Origin: a virus
Taxonomy: Duplodnaviria > Caudoviricetes
Strand: one strand, 5' to 3'
IMG/VR virus record: IMGVR_UViG_3300037714_000266
Coordinates: 1 to 64,000 of that record
Length of the DNA stretch: 64,000 nt
Shown: positions 35,769 to 46,107 of the stretch, piece after piece
How positions within the stretch are numbered: the first letter of the stretch is position 1
How the letters are laid out: each line of letters opens with the position of its first letter
Made by a program: the position numbers and the translations under genes
The notes under the pieces: generated by a model
The model's input: the letters and a program-made list of their open reading frames with translations, nothing else
What the model was told of the DNA's origin: nothing
Database searches by the model: none

Positions 35769-37253
35769 CTACTTCACCGACAGCAGCGTCTTGACGAGCG
35801 CATCGGCCGACTTGACGAAGCCACGGTACCCTTCACGGGTAATCACGAATTCGTGCTCAGTGTCAGACCACTCCTCTGGATCGGTCTTCTTCACCATGGC
35901 AGCGACGGATTCGAATCGATCCATGAGTTTCTTGGACTTGGCCAACGATGCCTTTGTGTCCTTGGTGAATCGAGCGATGTCGATCTTCCCGTTTCGTTCG
36001 CGAAAGAGATTGACCCCTGCTCGCCAGGTGCGTGTGTGTCGATCGAAGACCTCTATCGCCTTCATCAGGTTGTCGGCCGCTTCACCGATCTTTGGGTCGT
36101 CACAAAGTGCCGACCAACTCGACACGACGTTGCCCATAGATCCCGCGAACGCGTCGTAGGCTCCCCAGAGGGCGGTGCCGGCATAGTTGACCGCCTTGTA
36201 GTCAGCGGTTCCGACAGGGTCCTTGCGAACCTCCATCGTCTTCGTCTTCCAGCCGGTTTCGACAGAACCCCACCCTTCGGCGAGGATGTCGTCGATGTCT
36301 GGCTCAACCTCCTCCTGTCGAAGAGGTGTGATCTGGTACTGATCGTCGATGCGTTGAATCGTACCAGTGGTGATGAGTTGATTGAGCGTCTGACGATCAA
36401 CACCAACGACCCATGCGCGATTCACACTGAACTGATGACCGCCGAAGCTCTCCTTCAGTTTTGTGGCCGCATCGCGAAGATCAGTGTCCTCGATGTCTCC
36501 GATGGCGTCTTCGTTGATCTGGGGACGGCTGCGGATGGACTCCGGATTTCCACTGCGATCGAGAGCGTTAAGTTTGAAGTCGAACCCGGTCTCCAGAAGA
36601 TCCTGGATGTGGCCGATTCGACGCATCGGATTGATGTGACCGAACCGCGTCTCGTAGACATACCCGTCGGAGGCGACGACGATCGGGGTGAACTCGTCCA
36701 CCGAGATGACGATATTACCGTCGTCCTTGCGCGTGGCGAGTACCCTCGATCGAGGAGCGGTCTGTTTGCGAATGACCTTCACCATCCGGCGGGCCATCGG
36801 CATGAAGTCAGGGTTCTCTTCGTCGGGTTCAGGAACCTCGCTGTCGGGAACCTTTTCCTCTGTGTACGGATGGACGTATCCGGCGTTGCCAGATGTGTTG
36901 TCCCGCATGACCAAGGTGCCATGAGCGGTGTCGCCTTCTGCACCGTGATCCTGGCCCTTGTCGCGCCAACCATGGATACGTGCCTGCCGCATGAGTTCAC
37001 TGGATGCCATCTCACCGATGAGGCAATGCGCCGCTCGACCGCGTTCATCGAAATAGACGATCCCACGCTGCCCCATGGCGTCGTTGAACTTGTGGCGGCA
37101 CGGCGTCTCCGTGAAGACAAAATCCTCCAACGCCGCGCGCGTCTCTGAGTCCAGATCGCCATTCCATGGCCTGGTCATCAACTCGCCGCGATCGACCGCG
37201 CCGTCCATCTTGAGGCCGGTTTGTTCGGACAGCTCCATCATTGACTCGAACAT
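35769..37253 (-). CDS. Hypothetical protein, possibly head-internal
   Basis: 494 aa with xxE-S/D/G motifs (MFES, INED, LKES, LAEG). Confidence 0.6.
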   Translation of the reverse strand: MFESMMELSEQTGLKMDGAVDRGELMTRPWNGDLDSETRAALEDFVFTETPCRHKFNDAMGQRGIVYFDERGRAAHCLIGEMASSELMRQARIHGWRDKGQDHGAEGDTAHGTLVMRDNTSGNAGYVHPYTEEKVPDSEVPEPDEENPDFMPMARRMVKVIRKQTAPRSRVLATRKDDGNIVISVDEFTPIVVASDGYVYETRFGHINPMRRIGHIQDLLETGFDFKLNALDRSGNPESIRSRPQINEDAIGDIEDTDLRDAATKLKESFGGHQFSVNRAWVVGVDRQTLNQLITTGTIQRIDDQYQITPLRQEEVEPDIDDILAEGWGSVETGWKTKTMEVRKDPVGTADYKAVNYAGTALWGAYDAFAGSMGNVVSSWSALCDDPKIGEAADNLMKAIEVFDRHTRTWRAGVNLFRERNGKIDIARFTKDTKASLAKSKKLMDRFESVAAMVKKTDPEEWSDTEHEFVITREGYRGFVKSADALVKTLLSVK

Positions 37254-37710
37254 CAGCGCTTCCTCCGCTTCTTGGTCTTCTTTTTACCCTTACCATGGTC
37301 GAGGTGCTCGAAGGGACTTCCTGAACTAAAGGGTCCGCCGTCGGTCACCTTTGCCGATCCTGGCGCTACGTGAACCTTGTACTTCTGAGCCAGGTCGCGA
37401 AGATCCCCTGATGCTGATGGACTCGTGCCAATGCCATGGATACCCATTGGCATGACAAAGTCGACTCCGAAGCCGCTGGTTTTTCTGGCTCGCTCTGCCA
37501 AAAAATCAACCAAGGGAACGAACTGACGACGCTCGACTCTGAACGGAACCTTCACCGGTCCAATGAACGGCTGCTTACGATCGCTACCACTGCGTTGTCG
37601 ACGACGTCGGCCGTCTTCCATCCGGTCGACCTTGCCCATGACACGCATGCCCTTGTAGCCGACGCCGCCGCCGACCGAGGAGCGCGCATTGGAGTTTCCA
37701 GCGGCACCCA

Positions 37711-37968
37711 TCAGCCGCCCCCGTGCGTCTTAGAAACCAAACGCAAGTAGTCTACCGCCTCTGGTTTTCCATGAGTCTCCAAGTAGAGCTTGATCGCCTT
37801 GTCGAGCACCTGCCCAGGGCTCACGTGGTATCCGATCTCTCTCGACTCTTCGCGAGCCTGGCGCGCGAGCGTCTCCACCATGACTCGCTGAACCATGAGT
37901 ATCACGATGTCGCCAGCACTCTGGATGCTGTCGAACGTCTCGTCGTCGATGGTGTTGTCGAAATCCAC
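37711..37968 (-). CDS. Hypothetical protein
   Basis: Operon-packed 85-aa ORF. Confidence 0.5.
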   Translation of the reverse strand: MDFDNTIDDETFDSIQSAGDIVILMVQRVMVETLARQAREESREIGYHVSPGQVLDKAIKLYLETHGKPEAVDYLRLVSKTHGGG

Positions 37969-38732
37969 TAGCCGACTTTCTTCAGGTAACTAGAGACTTG
38001 CTTGCTCATCAAACCCATGTCCTTGCGGCTATGGAAACGAACACGCCCATTCTCCTGAACGACCTCGGCGAACTCCAGCGCCACTTCGAGCATCCGCGGA
38101 AAACCGCTCGGGAACCACTCCTGATAGGTGACCTCGCACTGTGTCATGATGGTCGTGATGTGATCGTTGCCGGTGTGTCCTAGTTTCGTGTTCGGCATGA
38201 CCAGCAAGATTTTTGGCGGCTCGAAAACACGGATATCCTCCGCTGTTTTGCCGGAGTAGTACGGATACGTGAAGTAGCGGAGCCACGACACAACGGCTCG
38301 AAGATCGAGGTCTCGCGTTCCGATCTTCAAACCAGCGGTGATGCCAGCGTTCTCGGTGGGGTAGGCGTTTGCGTCTCCGAACTGCTGGATCTCACCAGCT
38401 ATGTCCGCAGACCCTGACAACGGCAGGTGTTCTGGTTCTGTGTCTGTGGTGAACACAGCCGTGAATCCAACACGTCGCTCGCCGCCGTGTGTCCATTGGT
38501 ATATGGGGTGCGACCCACCAGGGATGTACCTGGGGTTCCAGGTGATCTCCCGACTGTCGGTGATTGACTCTGGCCAGTATTGAAGTGCGATCTCAACCTG
38601 TGCCTTGTTCTCGGCCCATGGAAAGATCTCTCCGGGCGCCGGGTCCTTTCCTATCAGATAGGCTTTCTCCAGCGCCGGCAGGTGCGGAACGCTGACGAGT
38701 TGTGAAAGTATGTTGGTCGGAAGATCTGGCAC
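37968..38732 (-). CDS. Tail tube initiator / CIS tube-like baseplate protein
   Basis: LQYWPESITDS....W....IPGGSHPIYQW..GGER.V.F; PP..LL.....LG....I...C.VTY..WFP.G.PR...V.L.F.E. Confidence 0.7.
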   Translation of the reverse strand: MPDLPTNILSQLVSVPHLPALEKAYLIGKDPAPGEIFPWAENKAQVEIALQYWPESITDSREITWNPRYIPGGSHPIYQWTHGGERRVGFTAVFTTDTEPEHLPLSGSADIAGEIQQFGDANAYPTENAGITAGLKIGTRDLDLRAVVSWLRYFTYPYYSGKTAEDIRVFEPPKILLVMPNTKLGHTGNDHITTIMTQCEVTYQEWFPSGFPRMLEVALEFAEVVQENGRVRFHSRKDMGLMSKQVSSYLKKVG

Positions 38733-38945
38733 ACCAACAGCTTATCAGCTCGGCTCGATGAGACCCGCCTTGATTGCCAGTGCCTTGAGCAGATCATCCT
38801 TCTGAGCGCCATTGAGCGACTCGAACGTCTCCCCCAAGAACGCGCCCTTGGCCTCTTTGGCCATTCTGACTTGATCGATCTTCTTCTTCTGCGAGCTGTT
38901 TTCCCAACCCGCTCCGCTCTTCAGCTTCTTCGCTGCCTTCGCCAT

Positions 38946-39425
38946 CTACTCCTCCACTCGCGGAAGCACCGGGCCGGTCTTCGGTACGAATTGAGACCCA
39001 GTTTTGCGATTGGGTTGCTTCTCCACGATCTCTCTCGGAACCACCTGTCGAACACTGATCGTGACGTCATCGAGACTGGTGGCACCAGCCGGGATGCTGC
39101 ACGAGAAGAGACGACCCAGTGTCTGGTACTCGGAATCGTTGAGGTCGAATGGTCTGTCTGCACCATCCTGAAGAACCTCGTCCACAACCACGCTTACCTC
39201 GAAAGCGGGGGCTGGTCCCTTCACCAAAGAGGCAAGCAAAACCGTGTCGTAGGTCGCATCCGGTGTGACCACGTACTCCGCGTCATCGGAAAGGGTCAGC
39301 GCTTCGCCGCAGTAGTGGAAGTCGCCGCTGCCAACGGTGATGAGCATTCCGTTGACGGACACGGGAAGGGCAAGGTCGTTACGACCTTCCACTCCATTCT
39401 GCTTGATGATGTTGATCGTAGCCAT
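38946..39425 (-). CDS. Hypothetical virion-associated protein
   Basis: Beta-rich ORF in the tail-fibre region. Confidence 0.5.
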   Translation of the reverse strand: MATINIIKQNGVEGRNDLALPVSVNGMLITVGSGDFHYCGEALTLSDDAEYVVTPDATYDTVLLASLVKGPAPAFEVSVVVDEVLQDGADRPFDLNDSEYQTLGRLFSCSIPAGATSLDDVTISVRQVVPREIVEKQPNRKTGSQFVPKTGPVLPRVEE

Positions 39426-39432
39426 CAGACCC

Positions 39433-41568
39433 TCACTGGCGAAGTTCGCCATGGCAAATGAACGAGAACGTTCTGGCGTTGCTCGATGAAAGAGCAACCG
39501 TACCACCAGTGTCATCGAACACCGTAATCGTGAACCCCGATGCCGCGAGAGAGCTGAATGACAGGAATTCCGACTGCCCTCCAAGCAGCGCGCCGGCCAA
39601 GATCAGATTTGCGTTGTCGAGCGCGTCGACGAAAGATACGTCGATAACATTGCCCGTTCGAATCGCCGTCCAATTGTACCCATCGACGGTACCGAAGGCA
39701 CCGCTGGCGTCGACGGTGATGAACCCTGTTGCCTTGACCACAGTCTGGTCGCGCAGGGCGATAGACGGGAACGCTCCGGCCGTCTCGGCGACGTTTTCAG
39801 CAGTCGCACCTGGGATCGAGATCAGCGCGGTTCCCGCATTGCCCCTGACGTTCAGTTGAGTCGTAGCCGGAGAGAGAAGTACCTCGAAGATCGGGTTGTT
39901 GCTATTGGTATCCCAGGCGCCATCAGCCCATGGAGTGGCGTTGCCAGGGGTGTCCTTGCACCACGCCTTGATTCCCTCCCTATTGAGAACGAGAGCCCAC
40001 GAAGCGTCAGCGGTATCTCTATTCCAAAGGGCGGTCGTTTGGTCGTACCTGGCGTTGATAGTGATCATGAAGCCGCTTGGCTCGACGAACCCCTGGATCT
40101 CATTCGCTTGGTAGAACCGGATCTCTCCTACGTCATCATGCGTCGACAGATCATCGAAGTTGACGGCAGCGATGAGATCCTTCTCACCGGATGCGCCAAA
40201 GCTGTTGTACCGCGTGTCGGCTATCTCTCGATCTGTGATTCTGTCTTGAGTCTTGGCCGCTTCGCGAAATCCACCGAGAACCTGCTTGTAAAAGGTTCCG
40301 GCGTTCGCTGTTCCACGCATCAACTCAGCAAGAAACTGATAGGTTCCGCCGGCAGACGGGACGTCTGCTACGTTCACTTGTTCGTGCGTCTGGTTGACGA
40401 AGTCGTCCATGCTGACCACGAGACCAGTGATCGCCGGAGCGAGTAGCGTACGTGTCCCAGCGAGGTCGCCGCCCATGAGTCCAGCGTCTGCGCGAAGCAA
40501 ATCGCTGCTGAATGTCTGCCGACGCACCCAGACGCGAATATCATCGAAGAACACCGCGTCGCCGCTACCAGGGGTGACGCCGTCTGTATCTGCTTCGATC
40601 CCCACACGCATCCACAAAGCACCCGCTGGCGCCTCGATGATCTCCTCGAATGTCGTGTAGGCGAACGTTCCTGATAGTGAGTTGTCGCCACCCACCGACA
40701 CAAATGACAGTGGTGAAAGCGTCGCGTCGTAGAACCTGATGAGCAGTCCGTACGCGGAAGCCGCGCCGCCCACTGGCATCCCGTCACCGCGCACCGAAAC
40801 GCGAGCCTTCACGAGAGAGCCGGCACTCACTGGAATGACCTTCGACTGAATGGTGTCGTCGTTGACCATCGGCACCGACCCGTCGGACCTGATCTCCAAT
40901 TCGTTGGTTCCGAAAAGAGGCGATGCCGTGCTGATGTGAATGGTGTACCCAGCCGCATTGAATGCGCCGAACCACCCAGGAATACGATCGACGGCAAATC
41001 CACCCACCGGTGATGGAGGAGCAGATTCGAAAATACCGTTGACGATCACCTGCTCCCATTCGCGTAGAGCCGCAGATGGAGAGAGACCCGCTTCGCGACG
41101 CTGAGCAGGTGTAATCGCAGAGCCGGCGATGGGACCAGATCCTGGCACCACCACCCTACCGATCACCACGAGGTACGCAGCCTCAGACACTGGAGACGTG
41201 ATCAGTTCGGTCTCTGAGTAGGTGCGCCATTCGACGATGGTCGCGTTAGAGATCGTGTACTCGACGTACAGACAGACGTAGATCGTGCTGCTAGCAACCG
41301 TTGCCAGGTCGAGAGTGACGTTCCCTTCTTGCCGAAACGTGAGTTGACGACCATCGGCGTCGATGTACGAATAGACCGAGTCGCCGGTGTCTGGATCTGC
41401 GTCGATTCTGACATTCAGTCCCGAAGCAGCCGTCACCAAGGTGCCGCCACGAAGGATTCCAGGCGGCACGATCCCGTTCAGTTTTTTGTTGAGCCCGTCC
41501 GATACATACGGCTCGGTCCACCTCATCTTCACGAGGTCGTTGGATGGTGTTGTGATCGTCGTCGGCAT
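39433..41568 (-). CDS. Tail fibre / receptor-binding protein with a carbohydrate-binding-like module
   Basis: 711 aa; NGIFES...GW... CBM-like segment ending FFDDIRV; fibre-tip-like C-terminus. Confidence 0.65.
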   Translation of the reverse strand: MPTTITTPSNDLVKMRWTEPYVSDGLNKKLNGIVPPGILRGGTLVTAASGLNVRIDADPDTGDSVYSYIDADGRQLTFRQEGNVTLDLATVASSTIYVCLYVEYTISNATIVEWRTYSETELITSPVSEAAYLVVIGRVVVPGSGPIAGSAITPAQRREAGLSPSAALREWEQVIVNGIFESAPPSPVGGFAVDRIPGWFGAFNAAGYTIHISTASPLFGTNELEIRSDGSVPMVNDDTIQSKVIPVSAGSLVKARVSVRGDGMPVGGAASAYGLLIRFYDATLSPLSFVSVGGDNSLSGTFAYTTFEEIIEAPAGALWMRVGIEADTDGVTPGSGDAVFFDDIRVWVRRQTFSSDLLRADAGLMGGDLAGTRTLLAPAITGLVVSMDDFVNQTHEQVNVADVPSAGGTYQFLAELMRGTANAGTFYKQVLGGFREAAKTQDRITDREIADTRYNSFGASGEKDLIAAVNFDDLSTHDDVGEIRFYQANEIQGFVEPSGFMITINARYDQTTALWNRDTADASWALVLNREGIKAWCKDTPGNATPWADGAWDTNSNNPIFEVLLSPATTQLNVRGNAGTALISIPGATAENVAETAGAFPSIALRDQTVVKATGFITVDASGAFGTVDGYNWTAIRTGNVIDVSFVDALDNANLILAGALLGGQSEFLSFSSLAASGFTITVFDDTGGTVALSSSNARTFSFICHGELRQ

Positions 41569-41586
41569 CTGCTTCTTCTACTCCAA

Positions 41587-42303
41587 TTACCAAACCAGTT
41601 GGATGATGTGGTTGAGTTGAACCGATCCTGATTTGGTCTCCAGGTCGAACGTTACGTAAACAAGCATCACCCCGTTTTGATCGAAAAGACCAAGCTCGAA
41701 AAACTCCGGGTTGTTCCCGGGTTGATCGATGTTGGCTTCTGCCGCTGACACGATGGCCGTGATCTCGTCGATGGCTGGTGAGGTGCTCAGAAGAAGAACG
41801 TCGCCCGCTATCAGGGTCTTACGAAACGTGAACAATGGCTCGTCGGCAACTCGGCATTCACGGCCGCTGATGGTCGCTCCTGCATAGTTTGCCGTAAGCG
41901 TGATCTGTAGATTGTTGTCGACGGTCAGAACCTGACCCCAGACATCATGTTCTGATCCTGGATCACCGGCAGATCCGAACTCACTTCCAACACCACCTGT
42001 GAAATCGGGCCCAGGCTTGATCCACTGCCCTGGAACCACGTCGACCGTGAACTGAGTTCCGGTGCCGACAACGACCGCTGTGCCGTCGAAGGCCACTGTG
42101 CCACCGCTATTCAGCGGAGCGCCTTCGGATTCCAGATCGGTGAACGTGGCGTTTGGTGAGATCGGCACCTTGGGGGAACCGGTGAAGCCGCCTTCTCCGA
42201 TCTTGAATCGAACAATTGCTTGCTGAGAGTCAGGGACATCCCGCGCGAAGACCCGGGCGAGGACCCCTCTCCAACTCTCCTGCACTATTGCGTTGACCGA
42301 CAT
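41587..42303 (-). CDS. Baseplate / tail-collar fibre-attachment protein
   Basis: EFFELGLFDQNGVMLVY motif typical of tail-collar proteins. Confidence 0.6.
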   Translation of the reverse strand: MSVNAIVQESWRGVLARVFARDVPDSQQAIVRFKIGEGGFTGSPKVPISPNATFTDLESEGAPLNSGGTVAFDGTAVVVGTGTQFTVDVVPGQWIKPGPDFTGGVGSEFGSAGDPGSEHDVWGQVLTVDNNLQITLTANYAGATISGRECRVADEPLFTFRKTLIAGDVLLLSTSPAIDEITAIVSAAEANIDQPGNNPEFFELGLFDQNGVMLVYVTFDLETKSGSVQLNHIIQLVW

Positions 42304-42313
42304 TCCTACCCTC

Positions 42314-43897
42314 TCATGGCACCGTGAACACCGTCGCCGACGCGATCATGTGGTCGGTGTCGGCCTCGATAACGTCGGCCGGAACGATGTCGTAGTAATA
42401 ACCGACGCTTGCCGCTGCTGTCACTATAGTCGCAGCTTGCGCGGTTGCTGTGATGTTCATAGTCGCCTGGACAGGTCCGAGGATGTGAATGATGTCAGTG
42501 AGTCGCACATGAATCGGCACGACTTGAAGCATTTTTTGGACGAGGCGCGTCAAAACACCAGCCAGCAACGCGTCCGGGTCCGTAAGTACCTCAGTGGGAA
42601 TAACCTCAATCCGAAGGACCGACGCGCGACACCAATCACATCGTGCGACCCGGTGGCAGTCGTAGACCATGTCAACGATACCGCCAAAGACCGGTGCGTC
42701 GCCCGCATACACTTCGACCTCCCAGTCATCGCCACCGACGTTGACCGGGGTCGTCTCCAAGTAGACGGGATCATCGAACTCGCCGTCGGGGAACTCTGCG
42801 TACCAATACCCGACTGAGAGGAGTTGCTCATCGATCGGCTGACCCACGCTGTTGGCCGTGAACCTGACCGACCACCTACCGTCGGAGAGGTCAGCAGTCG
42901 ACACGATCGTCATCCCTAGGACGTCGAGAGAGAGAGCGATGGCATCGTGCACCGTAGTCCCATCGGGAACCGTTCCAGACGCAGGCGGCTCAACCGGCTC
43001 AGATGCCCAGTTGGGTGTCTCGAAACAAAAGAAATCCAGAGGAATGGTGTCAGCCGGGATCTCGTCAAAGAACGGCTGATCCGGATCGAGGTCCGTGTAG
43101 AGTTTCCCACTGCCTATGGGAAGTTCGTAGACGTTTGCAGCCGGGATAGCAGCCGGTGCCGGATTGCTGATTCGCCATAGGCCAAGAGGAGTAGCTCTGT
43201 AGCCGCTGATCTTGCCGAGGATGTCGTACGCCTTGACCGTACCCTTTAGCGGAAGCCACTGACTGACATTCCGGATGGCGCTGCGCTGGTAAGCTGCCGG
43301 CTCGTGCTGATCGATATCGACGCCGTAGTCGTTACCGAGAAGCTGAATGAGAGCTGGCGGTCGAAGCGTGGCGCCGGCAAACCCCACACCCTCAGTCGCC
43401 TCGGTCGCTGGCAAAGCCGTGCCAAAGAGCCGGATCACGGGGCCGCGGTCGTCGAGTTTGTGAACCGAGTTGACTCGAAACGTGGTCCCAGTAGCGTCCT
43501 CGAAGATCCACCCCACCGAGGCCGCCTGAAGAGGTTCTAAGGGGTCGCTCGGGTCCGGGTCGTCCAGAAACACCTCCACGGTCAACCCTCCCTCAGCAAT
43601 AGCTGGAGGACTTCCTGGGGTTATCTGTGCGGACAGCGGTGTGATGGAGACGTTTTCGTCGAATTGTGTCCTGACGAGATCCGGATCCCTGAGCGAATGG
43701 AAATCAACCACCCGCAGAAGCATCTCTTCAAAAAGCGGCTGTACCGATTCGGAGAATTTCTCCAAACGGTTTCCCTGTGCCGGCTGCCGATCTAGAAACC
43801 GATCGATTTCTGGCAGGTCGTTGAAGAGCACCTGCCGAGACCAATCGAATCTACCGAACGGACCAGAGCCGAACGAGCCGCTTCCAAAACCAGGCAA
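42314..43897 (-). CDS. Baseplate wedge protein (P2 gpI / T4 gp7-like)
   Basis: L.LLG.DYG...RS.I.N..QW..LKGT.KAY; follows the baseplate-J gene. Confidence 0.65.
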   Translation of the reverse strand: MPGFGSGSFGSGPFGRFDWSRQVLFNDLPEIDRFLDRQPAQGNRLEKFSESVQPLFEEMLLRVVDFHSLRDPDLVRTQFDENVSITPLSAQITPGSPPAIAEGGLTVEVFLDDPDPSDPLEPLQAASVGWIFEDATGTTFRVNSVHKLDDRGPVIRLFGTALPATEATEGVGFAGATLRPPALIQLLGNDYGVDIDQHEPAAYQRSAIRNVSQWLPLKGTVKAYDILGKISGYRATPLGLWRISNPAPAAIPAANVYELPIGSGKLYTDLDPDQPFFDEIPADTIPLDFFCFETPNWASEPVEPPASGTVPDGTTVHDAIALSLDVLGMTIVSTADLSDGRWSVRFTANSVGQPIDEQLLSVGYWYAEFPDGEFDDPVYLETTPVNVGGDDWEVEVYAGDAPVFGGIVDMVYDCHRVARCDWCRASVLRIEVIPTEVLTDPDALLAGVLTRLVQKMLQVVPIHVRLTDIIHILGPVQATMNITATAQAATIVTAAASVGYYYDIVPADVIEADTDHMIASATVFTVP

Positions 43898-43908
43898 CTA
43901 CCCCTCCT

Positions 43909-43924
43909 GTGCAGACGTCTGCAC
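43909..43924. repeat. 16-bp palindrome GTGCAGACGTCTGCAC, copy 4 of 5
   Basis: Read directly; fills the short gap between two CDSs. Confidence 0.95.
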
Positions 43925-43925
43925 C

Positions 43926-45458
43926 TCAACTCGTGATGTTGTGTGCCATCACGTCGTTTCCGGTGCCGCCATCGACGACTGGATTCGTCGGTCCAATGAG
44001 CAAACACCCGATCGCTTGGTTGTTCACGGTGTTTGCGGTCAACTCCAGGCCATTGGTGATTCCGGCCTCCACATTCACACCCCTGAACGCACAACGGTTC
44101 ACGGTGTCATCGAACAGGACACCAGACTGCCCACCGACGCCTTCGATGGTCATGTCAGATCCAAGGAGTCGTGTGATGGAATCCTGGATGTGAATACCCA
44201 CCCACGAAGCATCTGCCGCAGCATTCCGGATCTGACCCTCTCCAACCTGCGATCTCGACGCTTGAGCGCTCACCTCGACGCCAATGTTGAACTGATCGTG
44301 AAAATTGAACCCACGCAGATGACATCGGTTACGCAACGCTGCCGCGATGTCGAGACCGTAGGCGACCGCGCCGTTGATCACATGCGGCTGCGTGGCCGTT
44401 GTTCCGCCAACCACCCGCCATCCAATGAGGTCAGCAGCCACAGAGTTGTCCCTAAGCGATGGTGCAGAGAAGATTTCGCAGTTGAGTTGTTTCGTAACAA
44501 CCATGTTGTTCGATACCGAAAAAACACCTCGAATGAAGAGGTTGGTAGCCTGTGTACCACCATACGCACCAAGGAACGTGACCCTGACGCGTTCGCATTT
44601 TGCGTAGTTTCCATTGAGCCTGACGACGTAGTCAGCCGTGTTTCCGGGACCGGTAGGTAACGCCACCTCAACGCCCACATCGACGAGTTGGCTGTCTTCG
44701 CTGAGCGTGATCGCGCTCATGTCGTCAGATGACTTCGTACGGATGATGCTCGCGCCTGCCGCAGCTCCGCGCACACGTACGCCAGCAGGAACGATAAACG
44801 GTACGGTTGCTCCGACTCCGAGGTCGTAAACCCCTGGTCGGATGTAAACCTCTGTGTCACTAGTGGCCGCCGCCAGTGCCGCGGCGAGTTGCGCTCCATC
44901 GCCAATGTCGAGGTAATCGGCGTCGCTGGATACGTCACCGGCCCCGGTGTTGCCAACGATAATGGGCGCCGTCCGTGGATTGGCTCCTCCTGCGCCGCCG
45001 ACCCCTTGTGCCGAGCCTATATTGGTGACCGCGTCGGTGTTGTTGAGAAGCAAACCATTGCGGACATAGAGTCTGTCGCCGATTCGTGTAGCGATCGCAA
45101 ACGCGTCATTCGTCGACGGCACCGTGCTCGACGCTACAATCGCGACATTCGTGTTTGAACCCGGTGCCCGAGACAAGGTTACGTAGGCGGTCTCGCCATT
45201 GGCGATATCGATGTTGCCGGCAGGGATCTGCCACAAGAACCCAGTAATGGGTGCCGTGATCATCAACGCCGAGGCCCACGAGAACGTAGGCGCTGTCCAA
45301 TTGATGACTCCGCCTTCGGCAAGGACGGCGTGACGATCTTCTCGCGATGCGTATCCGACAGCGTCTATCGCATTGACGAAGTCACGAAACGCGTCGAACC
45401 ACGGATCGTCTTCGGCCGACGGATACGGCAGAACCAAACGTGGTGACTGTTCAGCCAT
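43926..45458 (-). CDS. Tail spike with right-handed beta-helix (pectate-lyase-like) region
   Basis: D...L.AAL......VYIRPG.Y lead-in followed by N/G/I/V-rich coil repeats. Confidence 0.65.
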   Translation of the reverse strand: MAEQSPRLVLPYPSAEDDPWFDAFRDFVNAIDAVGYASREDRHAVLAEGGVINWTAPTFSWASALMITAPITGFLWQIPAGNIDIANGETAYVTLSRAPGSNTNVAIVASSTVPSTNDAFAIATRIGDRLYVRNGLLLNNTDAVTNIGSAQGVGGAGGANPRTAPIIVGNTGAGDVSSDADYLDIGDGAQLAAALAAATSDTEVYIRPGVYDLGVGATVPFIVPAGVRVRGAAAGASIIRTKSSDDMSAITLSEDSQLVDVGVEVALPTGPGNTADYVVRLNGNYAKCERVRVTFLGAYGGTQATNLFIRGVFSVSNNMVVTKQLNCEIFSAPSLRDNSVAADLIGWRVVGGTTATQPHVINGAVAYGLDIAAALRNRCHLRGFNFHDQFNIGVEVSAQASRSQVGEGQIRNAAADASWVGIHIQDSITRLLGSDMTIEGVGGQSGVLFDDTVNRCAFRGVNVEAGITNGLELTANTVNNQAIGCLLIGPTNPVVDGGTGNDVMAHNITS

Positions 45459-46107
45459 CTCGCCCCTCGTCAGCCTTCCAAGCGTCCCCGATGTCGTATG
45501 CCTCTTCCTCGTGCACCGAACCCCGGTAGGCGTTCTCTCCTCGGAGTCTGGCGGTCAATCCGTTGTAGATACCCATCCACAGGTAGCCTACCCACCAGTT
45601 GAACAAGAAGATGGCAACGCCCCACCCAACATGCCCCAGTACGACAACTGTACCGCCGTTGTACAACCCAACAGCAAACGATCGCAGCATCGTGGCCTCG
45701 AACTGTTCGACATGAACGTGCTCGTGCTCCTGGGTTCTTCCCCATCCATTGAGATTGGCCGCTCCGGGTCCATAGAAGCCGCCGTGTCCCAGGGTGGTCC
45801 CTCCCCATGTGAGATACTTTCCGAGGCGGTTCGTTGCCGACGCCGGCCGAAGAAGCGGCTCCTCTTTCGTTAGGAACGCGAACCAGCTCCCGCTGTCGTA
45901 GTGGGCGTACCAACTCCGTGTCGGCCATGAATCAGGCTTCAAGTCACACCACAGACTCTTACCGTCTCCGCTTTCCGGGTTCGGGTTTTGCTCCCACCTC
46001 AGATTCTCACCCCAGAGAAGACGGATGAGTAACACGAGTGGCCAGCACACCGTCAGGTTCCAAATGGCTGCGGTCACGTACAACACGATATGTCGTTTGG
46101 TCTTCAT
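45451..46107 (-). CDS. Membrane protein with an HE.xH-type motif
   Basis: N-terminal TM helix; QEHEHVHVEQ; ENAYR.S.HEEEAY. Confidence 0.5.
   Translation of the reverse strand: MKTKRHIVLYVTAAIWNLTVCWPLVLLIRLLWGENLRWEQNPNPESGDGKSLWCDLKPDSWPTRSWYAHYDSGSWFAFLTKEEPLLRPASATNRLGKYLTWGGTTLGHGGFYGPGAANLNGWGRTQEHEHVHVEQFEATMLRSFAVGLYNGGTVVVLGHVGWGVAIFLFNWWVGYLWMGIYNGLTARLRGENAYRGSVHEEEAYDIGDAWKADEGRDG

Noticed and set aside
35538-37148. Long plus-strand ORFs such as 35538-37148, 43641-44660 and 29161-30192 (minus)
   Set aside because: Antisense shadows of real genes in high-GC DNA, with no motifs or RBS.
40351-40368. GGCAGACGGGACGTCTGC as a sixth palindrome copy
   Set aside because: It has a central insertion and mismatched ends, so it is not the 16-mer.
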